DNA of 62,605 nt, the filler included, from Porpidia crustulata (taxonomy: Eukaryota): assembly GCA_964255105.1 (NCBI GenBank). It is 7 parts of 7 records of this genome, joined end to end, with 100 filler letters (N's around TTAATTAATTAA, not from the genome) between each part and the next. Parts side by side here need not be neighbours in the genome. Positions count along the whole stretch, not along the records: positions 8,981 to 17,852 come from CAXUWE010001036.1; positions 17,953 to 26,821 come from CAXUWE010001037.1; 5 more parts are not named here. One strand, written 5' to 3'. Made by a program: the position numbers and the translations under genes. Below the pieces are notes generated by a model that did not search any database, was not told the origin of the DNA, and saw nothing but the letters and a program-made list of their open reading frames with translations. This document shows positions 9,744 through 21,670 of this stretch, one piece after another (position 1 is the stretch's first letter; each line of letters begins with the position of its first letter).

Positions 9744-12557
9744 TCAAGTTTCCGCAGATTCCCTCGCGGCCAACCTTGCAACATCATCGTAAACCTCCCC
9801 ATGCGCCGCACGGTCGACATCCGCCACTTTCGTCAACTCCTCGACCAAAGCCCCAATCTGCACCACAAACTCCGGCAGCCCACTGGAAGCGAGGACTTCG
9901 CTGGCAGTGGCGGTTGCGCGGACCCGTTCGTCGGCGCTGGCGGCCGACAGGCGGGTGAACACGTGGGTTTTGAGTTTCTGCAGGAGGACCTTCATCACCG
10001 GGTGGGTGGCTTGGCTGTTCCGAGCGTCGACGAGGACGCGTTCGATCGTGCCGGACAATTGGCTTTTCGTAGCTGGGGGCATGGCGTATCGACTGTCGAG
10101 AATAGAGAAGAAAGCTTGGGAGTCGTCGTAGGGGAGCTCCCACATTCTTTGAGCTTCGGTGTTCCATTGAGAGCGGACGTCACGCTTTAGTAGGTTTTTG
10201 GCCGTGAGCAACATGGAGTCGATAGTGATCATACGGAGGACCTCAGATCTGATGCGCACAATGCGTTCTCTGTCCAATTCTAATGTCTCTGGTACGTCGT
10301 CATCTTCTAATGCTGTCACAGCGATTACGAGATCTGTAAGCCCTTGCATATAGATCTTGTCTGGAGTCACTCTGCCCGGAGGACCGAAAGAGCCCTCAGC
10401 AACCCGCCGAGACGACGCTTCTTGAGTCTTGGACGAGGCGCGGCTCCACCATCTCGAGGTCTTGTTTGGAGAGCCACCCTTGAGACGTGCAGTAAAGCAT
10501 CCACGCTCATACATTGGAGCGCTCTCTAGAAGGGCAGCAGCATGTCTTTGTAATGTAAAGTTCGCATTATCAATAGAGAGCAGATCAATGACGTAGTACA
10601 GCCTAGCCAGACGGTCAATAGGATCTTGGCTCTGATCTTCAGCAATAGCCTTGACTTCTGCGTCCCGAACAGGTGCGCAAAGTTTTGGGAGAACTGTGTT
10701 CATGAATGAAAAGAACTTCTGGTATGAAAAGCCTCCTATCTTGACCTGACTAGCAATCATTGCAGGGTCCAGAGTCTCGGATATGATGCTGTGAAGCGAC
10801 TTCCCGGGAGCCACCAAGCCCAACAGCTTATCCCTGGTTTCCTTGGCCATAGCAACGATCCAGGCTTCACTATATTGGCTCTCCAACCCCACTCTCATAT
10901 TTGACGATGTCGTACGCATGAAAGTTTCCCGGTTCTCTACCTTTGAATTGACATCAATTCGGTATTCCTTATTGATGGCAAGCTCATGCATAATCATTCG
11001 ATTATCAGGAAGAGTACTTGTCGTCTTCCGCCGCCCTGCTGGCACAACGTCTGTTGGAGAGTTTATAGTGGTCGCTGGGCTCTGTGTAGACGTTGGTGTT
11101 AATGCTGCCACTGTTGAATTTTCCATAACGCTGGAAGCCGCCCTTGGTCTGGCTTCAATAGCAGGCTTTTTCCGAGAATTTGCCTTTCTCCTTGCCTTGA
11201 CGGCGGTTTTTACCATTTCCATCGCCTTCTCTGGTCCTGCAAGTCGTTTGAGGCTGACGAGAAGCATCGTCTGGTTCTTCTGGATACCTTCTCGATAATC
11301 TGCAGCAACTTCACCATTTGTATCGTTCTTCACAGTCTGCCATATGGCATCCAACTCAACAAATTGTGCAAGCATGGTGTTGATGAGAACTGATGAATCG
11401 TGGTTCTTCCAAGCGGTAAATGCGGCCTGAAATGATGAGTATGCTCCTGAAAGGGTGGCAAGCTGGGTGGGGAGGGGCGAAAATTGTGGCTTTTGTGATG
11501 TTGATATGAGCTCCCCAAAAGCTAATAAGAGGTCCTTGGCCTTGACGCTAAGATCATACTCTTGAGGACCAGCGTTACTCAGGACGTAGGCTGGGTGGCC
11601 TAGAACAAGGAAGCTGCTAAGAAACACTCGTACCGCCGTTTTCTCCCCGAGACCACCACCTTCGCCATCCTGTAAGCCACAAAGCTTCAGCATTTTCGCG
11701 GTGCAGGCAAGGACGTTCTCTTGGCTCAATAAAATTCCAACGTCCTCGAAGCTCGTCTTCTGAATATTTTCAACAGTCAACCCAAGCTGCATGAAGTTGG
11801 ACACTATCTGCCTGCGTTGTCGATTTCGCCAGGCTTTCTGGATGAGCCTTGCAGCCTCCTCGTCATTCCTTGGGATCCACGGCTCTGTTATGACTCTCTT
11901 TTCTTCTACTGATTGTAAACTTGAAGCTTTGGCACGACGTTGGCTCTGATGGAGGTTGAAAAGAACCCTCCTCTTCTCGGCCTCGGCGGCCCTCTCCTCC
12001 ATATCCTCTTTCAGCTTAAGATGTTCCGCCGCCTTTTTCTCCCTTGTATCTTCTGCCACCCTCTTCGCTCGTTTGACCTCCTCTGCACAGCTCGCGGCAA
12101 CCTGCGCGAGAAACCTGTCCCTTGCCTGCTTGGCAGCTATGGCCCGTTCTTCGCTAACTGGCGAGATGCGCGGTGCTGCCTTGGCCATCGCCGCCCGTAG
12201 TCGGACCTTCTCGGCATGTGCAGCTTTCTCAGCCAGTCTTGCCTTTCTCGTCTCGATGATGGATGCTCGACGGAGATGCTGGGCGACATGGGTGCTAAAA
12301 GGCCCGCCATGAGCAGATCGAGTAGATCTACTGGAATGATGTGAGGACATGGAGTTGCGGCGTGACGAAGCTGCTGACTTCCGCCGGGGGTTCGTAGATC
12401 GGTAAAAGCGTGCTGCAATATGTGGTGGGGGAAGGTAATTGCTGGGTCCGTCGCCATCGGAGCAGATCATCATTTCGTGAGTCTCTTCAGAAATGGTATT
12501 TTGGCCGGGGCTGGGAACATCAGGCTCAAGGTCAGACGAATCCGAGTGTGGGTGCAT
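9744..12557 (-). CDS. T-complex protein 11 (TCP11/SOK1) family protein with IQ-like motif
   Basis: Uninterrupted 937-aa ORF with an IQ-like AARLIQKAWR, and TCP11-type segments LPKLCAPVRD and VPETLELDRERI. The true start may lie further upstream. Confidence 0.85.
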   Translation of the reverse strand: MHPHSDSSDLEPDVPSPGQNTISEETHEMMICSDGDGPSNYLPPPHIAARFYRSTNPRRKSAASSRRNSMSSHHSSRSTRSAHGGPFSTHVAQHLRRASIIETRKARLAEKAAHAEKVRLRAAMAKAAPRISPVSEERAIAAKQARDRFLAQVAASCAEEVKRAKRVAEDTREKKAAEHLKLKEDMEERAAEAEKRRVLFNLHQSQRRAKASSLQSVEEKRVITEPWIPRNDEEAARLIQKAWRNRQRRQIVSNFMQLGLTVENIQKTSFEDVGILLSQENVLACTAKMLKLCGLQDGEGGGLGEKTAVRVFLSSFLVLGHPAYVLSNAGPQEYDLSVKAKDLLLAFGELISTSQKPQFSPLPTQLATLSGAYSSFQAAFTAWKNHDSSVLINTMLAQFVELDAIWQTVKNDTNGEVAADYREGIQKNQTMLLVSLKRLAGPEKAMEMVKTAVKARRKANSRKKPAIEARPRAASSVMENSTVAALTPTSTQSPATTINSPTDVVPAGRRKTTSTLPDNRMIMHELAINKEYRIDVNSKVENRETFMRTTSSNMRVGLESQYSEAWIVAMAKETRDKLLGLVAPGKSLHSIISETLDPAMIASQVKIGGFSYQKFFSFMNTVLPKLCAPVRDAEVKAIAEDQSQDPIDRLARLYYVIDLLSIDNANFTLQRHAAALLESAPMYERGCFTARLKGGSPNKTSRWWSRASSKTQEASSRRVAEGSFGPPGRVTPDKIYMQGLTDLVIAVTALEDDDVPETLELDRERIVRIRSEVLRMITIDSMLLTAKNLLKRDVRSQWNTEAQRMWELPYDDSQAFFSILDSRYAMPPATKSQLSGTIERVLVDARNSQATHPVMKVLLQKLKTHVFTRLSAASADERVRATATASEVLASSGLPEFVVQIGALVEELTKVADVDRAAHGEVYDDVARLAARESAET

Positions 12558-13688
12558 GACGTCGCCGGTCTAGTCACATGGAATGTGCTGTATAAAGAGA
12601 GAGAACTGGTGAACGGTCTGATGCGTTCGATAAGTTCACCAGTTCACCTCGCCCGTGGAATTGGAGTGAGCCGTTTGCGGCAGGCGCGAGATCTTCCAAT
12701 CAACAAATAAGTGAAGGTCTAAATCAGTCAATGCGGTATACGCAGACTAGGAATAATGAAGAAGTGAACAAATAATGTAAAAGTATGAAGATAAGAGGGG
12801 ACAAGCCTCACCTCAGATGGTTGACGTTGCTGATAAAGAAAATGAGAGGCTGGTGAGCGGGAGGGCATCCTGAACGGTCATACTCAGATAGGGCGGGTCA
12901 GGCACCTTAGCGCCCTGTGACGGAAGTCGCAACTGTCCGATTACTCAGCTCTGCGTCAAGCTTCCAGGTCCTTCGATCTTATCTTCATCTCAAGTATGAG
13001 CCGGGCAGCGCAAAATTCATAAAGGCATCTCGACAGGGCAGACAATATCAAATACTAGGTAGTCGTGTGCATATCAACGGCAGTGAACACGCAAACCACA
13101 TTCTCCACCATAGAACCGCAGAAGCACCCCCTTTACCTCAGTTACTTCGAGCAGTGAAAGCGATGGAAGTGAATGTTCGGATTCTACCACATCGAAAACC
13201 CAAAGCTTGAAGCGAGTCTCAATCTATAAGAGCACCAATGCAAGCTAAAAGTGACAGCGTTATTGAATTTCATTGATCTGGTCGTTTACGATCCGTGACG
13301 CAGATATGAAAACTTAGCAAATCATTTCCAACACGTCCAATTCAGGGTATTGCCCGCTTCGCTATCCATGCTTCATGCTGGAATAGATGAGACCGCTCAA
13401 AAACTCCGCTCCATGCCTGATGGTTCAACTTTCGTCGTTCGCGTGGGGTTGATGGTACGGTTGCAAAAAGGACTAAATTCCCGTCGAGAAGCGTTTCAAT
13501 TGTTGTCCAACTCTCGAGGGTGTGATTTGGTAAAAGAAAGAAGAGTATAAATACATAAAAAAGATGGATAGATTCTGGACTATCAAGATAGCCGAATGAT
13601 CTATCGCGGCGGTCTAGAAGGAATGCCCGCTCCCCTGTCTAACCAGCTCGCCCAGCAAAAGATATTTAAAAAGCCAGCACCGTCTAGA

Positions 13689-14857
13689 CTAGTAATGGCC
13701 GGTGGGCTTCGGGTGCTTGTGGGAGTGCTTGCCGGTACCTACGGGCATGTAGGTTCCGGATGGTTTCGACACGGTAAGGAATCCGGATGAGGCGCACTTC
13801 TTTTTGCTCTTGGTTGCGCTCGTATCAGTACCGTTACCGTAGGGAGCAGCGCTTATGATGGGAGCCGCCGTTGTGGCTGCGGCTCCATTGGCGGAGGTTT
13901 CTACGTTGTTGTTGGCTGTGATGGCTGCCACACTAGAACCGGCATTTGCAGTCTAGGATAATTAGTGAACGTTCCACAATCTTTCATACCCAGATAGCAA
14001 CTCACAACAGTGACGGTTTGTGCGGGACCAGATACGGTGACGGTGACTTGAGGAGCGCAAGATCCTCCAGCACCACCAGCGCCTAGAGGGCTATCGTTTT
14101 TGGCCCCAGCACCACTGCTGGCAGTTGCCGAGACAGTAATATAGTGAGTCGAAGTAGACGTGGTGGAAATAGTGGATGTCATCGGTCCATTGCCGGCCGC
14201 ACTGCTGGCACCTCCCTGGCTACCAGCGTTGTCGACGGGAGAGTTGTTGCCGCCACTGCTGGCACCATTCTCGCCAGCTGAGGCAGATTTTGTTGCGTAA
14301 CGGGTCTGATCACGCATATTAGTCTGGGGCGAATCGCATTGCAAGGATTCTGAGCTTACCGAGTGCATGGTCTTGGTTGAAGTGTGTCGAACCGTAGTTG
14401 TGACAACGGTTTTTTGCGAGCCAGAACCAACGGTGTATGTGAGTGTGGTGTCAGAAGTCACAGTGGTGTCAATGGTCTCGGTGGTGTACGCGGTGGAAAC
14501 GCCAGTGCCAGTGCCGATTGGGCCTGTACCAATAGGACCAAATGCGCTGATAGGAGGTCCGGTCGGGTAGGGGCCGTGGACAGAGCTAGGACCGGCAGAT
14601 CCAGTGCCCATAATGGGACTGTTACCAGACGAGGGGGAAACTCCAGTGCTGATGGGAATCGATGGTCGGCTCTCGGTGGGAGCTGTGCCAACAGGCGCTG
14701 TGCCGGTGGGACCAGCGGAAGTGACTGGGATTGGAGAGACTATGACAGTCGAGGTGGAGCTGGTCTCGTTCTTATATCCGTATTGACCGCCAGGAAGGGT
14801 GGCCTGAGCAGTTGCGGCGAAAGCCACGAAGGCGGAGAGGATGACCTTGGTAAACAT
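13689..14857 (-). CDS. Secreted Ser/Thr/Gly/Pro-rich (cell-wall or mucin-like) protein
   Basis: Signal peptide MFTKVILSAFVAFAATAQA and a low-complexity S/T/G body with TVTV motifs. Two GT-AG introns (near 14307-14360 and 13953-14005) link to the 13931-13689 frame. Confidence 0.8.
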
Positions 14858-16406
14858 CTTATGCTATGCACTTCTTGATCGTTTGATAGTGATGTTGATT
14901 TAGATGCTTCGCTTATTTTTATTTGTACTTTGCTTATTTGTATTTGTACCAATACTCCTGGACGTGGTAATTCTTGACTGCGTGGAGAGATCTGAGCTAC
15001 GATATATTTTTATGCTGCGATCGTGAAGGCTTAAAGAGCGTGGGCGAAATCTATTCGCAAAAGAGTGACTGAATAATGAGCGACAGTGCCAACACGAAGC
15101 AAAAGCAAAAAAGAGAGCGTGGGTACAAAAAATGAAGTCTTTGATAGAAGGGAAGGAAGGGAGGAGAGAGAGAAAAGAGAGATTAAGTGAGTGGAGGGGG
15201 TGATGAGTAGGAAATGAAGGGGAACGAATTGATTGTACTGAACCGGGGTACGATAGTAGAGATTGAGGGTGGGAAGGGTGGAAGGGTGAATGGTGATACA
15301 TGAGACAGGGGTATAGCAAGTACTAAGACGTACTAACAAGTCGTAGCGAGGCTTTAGTGGACTAGCAGACGCAGGAACAAGATTGAAAGTGTGAAGTGAC
15401 TGGGGAGTGACTGGCTCCAGCAAAGTAGATCAGGGGGGCGCTTGCATGTCAACCAATCACATAATGACATCTAACATCTAGAGTAATTGGTTCTTCGGCC
15501 AACCTAAAGCGATCAGCATCATCACCAAGACCTTTCAAGTCCTTCACCTTTCCTCCAAAGCGCTTCAATTTAAGGCTTGATCCTTTGTCTTTGATTGCGA
15601 AAAGCGTCTGGTCTGGACAGAGGTCTTTCAGTGACCTTGGAGTAGAGAGTACAGATGCGGAGACAAAGTCAACGGAACGGTTCTTTGTGTGATCAACGCT
15701 TCGGATGTGTGCCCGTGGATGGGCGTTCAACGGCGTGATTGGCACTCTTATGGTTGTGGTACCTCGGACTGAGCCTCATCAGACAGCTGCCGGAGTCAGT
15801 TTCACCCGGTTCAGCGCCAAATAAGGTGTAGCTTTGCGAATGTCTCAATCAGGTAATCTCTGTACAGCCTCAAGCGTCAATAGTCGCTACAGAACTAGTA
15901 AGTAGTCGGAAACCTTGGAGAACAATCTCGTATTCGCACAGTAGTAGTTGTGTCCCCAGGTCTCTCAACGATAAAGCCACCGAGAGGTGCGTCTTATTTC
16001 TATCACGAGTTTACAACAAGGCTCGATCCGCCTTGTCTCACAAACTCCGTCATTACTTTGTCTGAACGGAGGTGACGGGGCTTTTTTTTGGCCTTGCGTT
16101 TCACCCTTTATTCTTGTCCTTTGTGGGCCGAGAAGTTACTTGCCCCTCCGTGCCCCTCGTGCCCCTTAAGGTATTTTAACGTTTCAATCGAGGTTAATCC
16201 CGTGCCGTGCCCTGGATCTTAACTCAGGATTAGTCAGCCAGGCTCGTGATTTGGTGTTTTATTGTCCCGCATTCGGCGAGAACGCTTTCGTAAAAAACAT
16301 TCTCAGGCTGCCATTTTACTACGTTTCGTTTCGTTTCGTCCGTGCCGCCAACAACGACCCATGATTCTAAGATTCGGGCATACTCAACGTCGCAGTACGG
16401 AATATA

Positions 16407-17537
16407 ATGCCGATGGCTGGTCGTGCCGGCTTGTCAGACAATTGGCGAATGAAGTCGGATATCTTGCCACAAGATAATGGCTCGGCCGTTGAAAGCTCAG
16501 GACATCGCTATGGATGGGGTTCTCAGCAACATAAAGATTTCAATGTGGAAACCAAACGAATTACCGCTGAAAATCGCGGTTCAGCGACGACAAGAGGGGA
16601 GGATGACCCCCGTACACTCCAGGCCATATCCGAGGGCAGAAGGCTTTATGTCGGGAACATGCCTTACATGGCCAAGACCCAAGATGTGGCAGCATTATTT
16701 GCAAGCCAATCGTACACGGTGTATGCTTGTTTTGGAGTACTCAAACCGTGTGACTAATTTCGCGAAGAGCACATATCAACATGTCAATTGATCCCTTCAC
16801 CGGACGGAATCCCTCATATTGTATGTAAGACTAGAATCTTTCTAGAGCGAGATATCTGCCCATATGCAGGGCTTACTACCAGTAGGCTTTGTCGAGCTTA
16901 GCACAAGAGAGGAGGCAGATCGAGCAATGCACGAACTCAATGGCAAGACTCTACTTGGTCGTCCGCTAAAGCTTGGGCCTGGAGTGGTCAAACATGAAAG
17001 GAAAATCCACAACACCACCGAGAACGGAGCTTATAGCCAGAAGCCAGTAGCTAACAAGACCGCCTTTGACCGCTGGACAAGAATCGATGCAGCGGATCAT
17101 TGGAGAGGGCCTAGTGAAGACAATCGTCGATTAATAGTTTCAGGCTTACCAAAAACGCCCGATTATCACACAGTCAATGAGCAAGTTCGAAAATTGTTCA
17201 AAGGATACAACATGCATGTCTTGCCACCTTTCATGGACATCGGTTTTTGAGATTAATGAATTGCAGTAACGCTGTCAGCAAAGTCATTGTTCCGAGCACA
17301 CGCGACCTTGCAAACCCATAGCCTCAGGACGACCGCTATCTGTTCATGGACTTTGAAACCTCCGAAGAAGCTGATGACGCCGTCAAGAAAACAAATGGCG
17401 TCATAGCATGGGGTGTGCAGATCCGCGTTGGTCAATCCACAGAGCGTGGACCGAAGAAGGTGGCGGAACGAGAAGAGTGGGAGGTAGAGCAGGTTCTCAA
17501 AGAAAAGTACAGAAATAGGGCTCAGCGCGTGAGATGA
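16407..17537 (+). CDS. Two-RRM RNA-binding protein (in-frame TAG at 17319 in the best model)
   Basis: RNP2 RRLYVGNMPY, then SIDPFTGRNPSYCFVEL across introns, and a second RRM RRLIVSGLP...YLFMDFETSEEA. The third intron appears to be GC-AG (17214-17266). Confidence 0.75.
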
Positions 17538-17852
17538 GAAATTTTACACCATCTGATCGAGTTGCTCTCTAGGATCTTGGAGCATAAAGAGTAGGATTTG
17601 AAGCGAGCCTCGACGTCAAAGGACAACGCCGGGTGAAGTTCAAATATGAACAGATTACTTCAAAATTCAGGACTTGACTTTCAGATAAAGCCTTCCTAGC
17701 AAGAGGCAAGCACAACCCAGAGTGTAGAATGGGATCGACTACCTATCCACACTAAGCCCAACGTGACAAGACAAACATCGCCCGACGGACTACTGAAACC
17801 TTCTCTTTACTTCGACCTTTGCAACGTCCCAAGTCCTCGTACATATCTAGGT

Positions 17853-17952
17853 NNNNNNNNNNNNNNNNNNNNNNNNNNNNNNNNNNNNNNNNNNNNTTAA
17901 TTAATTAANNNNNNNNNNNNNNNNNNNNNNNNNNNNNNNNNNNNNNNNNNNN
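17853..17952. other. Artificial contig linker
   Basis: N44-TTAATTAATTAA-N44. Confidence 0.98.
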
Positions 17953-18037
17953 CATAGCAATAGATGCGTAGGTTAATAGCGCTAGAACCCTATAGGCTTA
18001 GAGCCTCTGGGCGGAATAAAATCTACTACTACTACTA
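17953..18037 (+). mobile_element. Possible 3' end of a LINE-type (non-LTR) retroelement
   Basis: TpA-rich segment at the contig start ending in AATAAA-ATC-(TAC)n, like the short tandem 3' tails of fungal Tad-clade LINEs. Confidence 0.4.
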
Positions 18038-18680
18038 TCCCAACTGGTTACATATCAAAGTCTCCCTCCCGTCAATCAGTAGCAACGAGTCTCTCGACAA
18101 GGAACGAAAGTCTTTATTCTCCACATTAAGTCTAAATAAGATAAACATATAATTGTCAATGGTCGTAGCATTCGCAAGCCCTTTGGTCTCTTGATCCCAC
18201 GCTTTAGGGAACTACTAGATTGGTACCACTACCCCCAACTCATCAAAAACAATCATGACCCTCTCCATGCTTTAAACAAATGCAGAATTCGTAAGAGACT
18301 GGCTTTCAGTGTTTCTCTACCCGTCCAACTCTTCTCCAGTTTGAGAACCCACCTCGTTATTCCCTTTACGATACATTATAAATCTGCTTCGATAATAACT
18401 TAATGCGGGTCTCGCTCGGAATTATCTTGAACTTCCTCCACTTTCTCCAGCGCGGCAAGATATGTAGCTCAGTGGTTCGCTTGTCGCTAGTGTGCCACTG
18501 ATCGATAGATAGACTGATATTGCGCGCCGATTATTGAATGGATTGACTTTGATGGTGAAAAGACTGGATGGGAATTTGTTGCCTCGGTGCTGCTGATGAC
18601 GATGATGTTAGCGCTGAGATGTCATAAGATATTCGTTATTTATCTGACCCAATCCAATTCTTATCTACTGACGAGAACGA

Positions 18681-20634
18681 TCAGCATGAAGCTGGATCTT
18701 TTTCCAAATCAGCAAGCGAGAAAGGATCCCGTTCCAGGAAACGTTCTCTGTCTGAGCTCCATTTGTATATGAAATACGCTACGTAGACACAAGGACTGCC
18801 TCGCTCATTCCAGGAACCACGATTCACGATCTGGTACACTGGAAAACTTTCATTAAATAGTATTCGTAAGAGAGCTTTTGACTTCCACGCCCATTTACGA
18901 TGGCCATGAGCGATAAGCCACCAGATCATGAAGATGCGGACTCCGATTTTGGAGTGGTTCTTGTGATCTAGAATTTCGGATTGAGAACGATCTGTTCTAC
19001 CGTTCTCCTTTTGCCAAGATTTGGTCTGATTGATCTCTTCCATCGTGAACCATGATATTGCGGTCGTGATAAGTACGATAACGGCTGTAAGGATGAAGGC
19101 CCCAATGTTATGTCCACTATTGTTAATCTGCTGTATGTTCATTCCATATATCGAGGTCACCGTGTTGAGGGGGGCGTAGACGAATGCGAGGATCGTCACT
19201 GTAAACCTAGATGTAAGTCTCTGTCGCATTTCAAACGCCCGAAGAGACATACGGATCTTCACTGCGATTGAGTAAGTAATCCGTTTTACATCTGAAACCA
19301 GGACCATTTACCTCGCTTGCCTTCCTGGATTTGATAATTCGAAATCTCGATAGATTTCTTTGATGCTTCCAAAGCAGATTGACTGGCCAGAAGCTGCATA
19401 TTGTCTCGGATCTCTGTCTCAATGAGACGAGCGTCTCTCACGCAATCTTCCCAAAGACAGTCGACTCGCCGAAAAACCGAGTGTGTTGACCACACATCCT
19501 GTTGATATCCATGAATGTAATCAATGAAGCGAATTCTTTCTGTCTCAAAATCTTCAATACAACGCCGCAAATTAACGCGCGTGGTCGTAAAATAAGAATT
19601 TCCATGGAGAATGCCTCTCGGCGAGGAGAATTTAGGATTTATGTATTCGTCCCGCACTAGCTGAGACTTTCTATATAAAAGGAGAGCTTTCATGTGTAAG
19701 AGAGGTAGCATTGAAAGCAACGAAAGGTCAACGTCATTGTTAGCGACATTCATGTGATAAATTAGATGGTTCAAACACCTCACGTATGTTTTGCAGTGAC
19801 CGTCTGCATGTGATAGTTGGTCTGCACTATTACCATGCTGGCTCTCTACTTGTGGCGGAAGGCGAAAGGGTGGTGTCCGATCAAGATATAAATCATACAC
19901 AGAAACGAACTGGCCGTCAATCCCCCAGGGTTCGGCAGTCGTGAAAGATCTAAAGTCGCCTGCTATCAGTAAGACAGGCGGCACGTCTTGGCTTGAAATA
20001 TAATTCCGCGCAACGGTTGCAACTTTGCCGCGTAATGTCATTATGGATGGAGCGATTGACTCGGTACCGCTTCTCACGTTAGCAAATACCTTGTACCTTT
20101 TTTTCAAAAAACGGACCTAAGGGGAGATACAGCCGCAAAGAACTCGGGCCCAACTCTTAGCCCCAAGCCACAAACATTGAGAAAGTGTGACCGCAGCCTT
20201 CGAGCTTGACGACCCCTCGGCTCCAAGGACCAGAGTAAGACTCGTGCACATGAATGTCTTCCAGGCTGTCGTATGGCTCTCAGTACATCTGCGACGGCAG
20301 CATTGCCTCCACCATAGTGGCTCGTGTTAACGATTATCGAGGAATCTGCGTCCTTTGATAGATCAATTATGGAGCAGTAAAATTGCTCGCGATCCACTGG
20401 ATCACGGAAATCATCCTCAATGTCCATTTTCATAAGCACCTTAAGTGCAGAGCCATTTTCGGACGAACAGGCGTTTAGATACTCGAGGTAGGACGCGAAT
20501 CCTGTTTCAGCGACGATTTCCTTCCAGCAGCTGTTAACATCTTCGCTCAATTCAATATGCTCCGCCCTGGTGAAAAAGCGTTAGCGAAAATCGAATTGAA
20601 AGTTTAAAAAATTAGATGAGCACTTTACATACAT
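18681..20634 (-). CDS. Fungal CorA-like Mg2+ transporter-domain membrane protein
   Basis: ALEASKKSIEISNYQIQEGKR-VKIL-TILAFVYAPLNTVTSIYGMNIQQIN carries the GMN motif between two TM helices. Introns 20632-20567, 20116-20070, 19311-19262 and 19252-19199 all keep frame. Confidence 0.8.
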
Positions 20635-21670
20635 TTCTAGACTATTGGTGGGAATATCAGGAAATCCTCTTCGATACGGAACTTGGTGCTTTCAGTAAAT
20701 CCAAGAAAACTAAAAAACCAAGATGTAGGACTGATATTAATATTTAAATCATGTCGTCATTCAAAACAATATACTTCGTCTGGTATGTGTTAACAGATAT
20801 GCGCTTACTTCGTACGTTCTCCGGACTGTTTCGTCTGATTCTATAGACGAGCAAAGATGAGTCGAGGTGAGTTCCTCTGAGCAGTACAGAGGCAGAGGCG
20901 GAATCCTGAAACCGGCTGAGCCCGGCTTTACTTGCCTTCATTGGCCGCACGCTGCCGCCTACTACGCAGTACACTTCTTGAACGCTGCTGCCTAAGCCCA
21001 TCAGTCATTGGTGTCTATTAAGATTCATCCTCGTCCTCATGCGAAACGACTACGACGATTCAATCAGACAGCTTGATCTAGTCCGGTCCTTTCTCTATTG
21101 TGCGTCGTGTTATGCTCGCAGGACCGGATCGTGACGTCATTCGCATTGTATGGATGGCTATGCAGCATTAATTAAATTCCGAGCCTCGACATTCTCTCCG
21201 GTCATAATCCAATCCATTCAGCGATAGATCCATATTTTGCGCATTCTTGAACCGAATTCTCTGCAGTGCCTCAACTGGCTATGCAGCCTAATCCTACGTC
21301 ATGAAACGGATATGGATGCACCTCAATGGAGGAGCACAGTTCAAGAAGCTCACAGGTGGCCACAGGAACACTCATGCGCACCAACAGGCCCGCATCTTTA
21401 AGAAATGTATGGATGAAATTCGTATTCTGTAAACACATGTGCAAAAATTCCTTGTACCAAGGCATTTTAACCAAGCCGCACAGTGCGTCGCAATATGCAG
21501 AGCTGGGGCAGATGTTTCGGAGGCGTAGAGGTTCAATACTGCTTCAGAATTCGCATGCATAAAAAGAAGATCGAGTCGCTGTTCAGCCTCCGTAGCTGAT
21601 AGAAGATCCCTTATGTTCATGCTATTATTCCTCTGGTGCATCTTAACACTATTCTACCGCTTTCAATAAA

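Noticed and set aside
20070..20116. Apparent frameshift or slippery run (T6/A7) between ORFs 20104-20550 and 19286-20107
   Set aside because: Explained by a 47-nt intron (GTCCGT...GCTAAC...AAG) that restores the frame.
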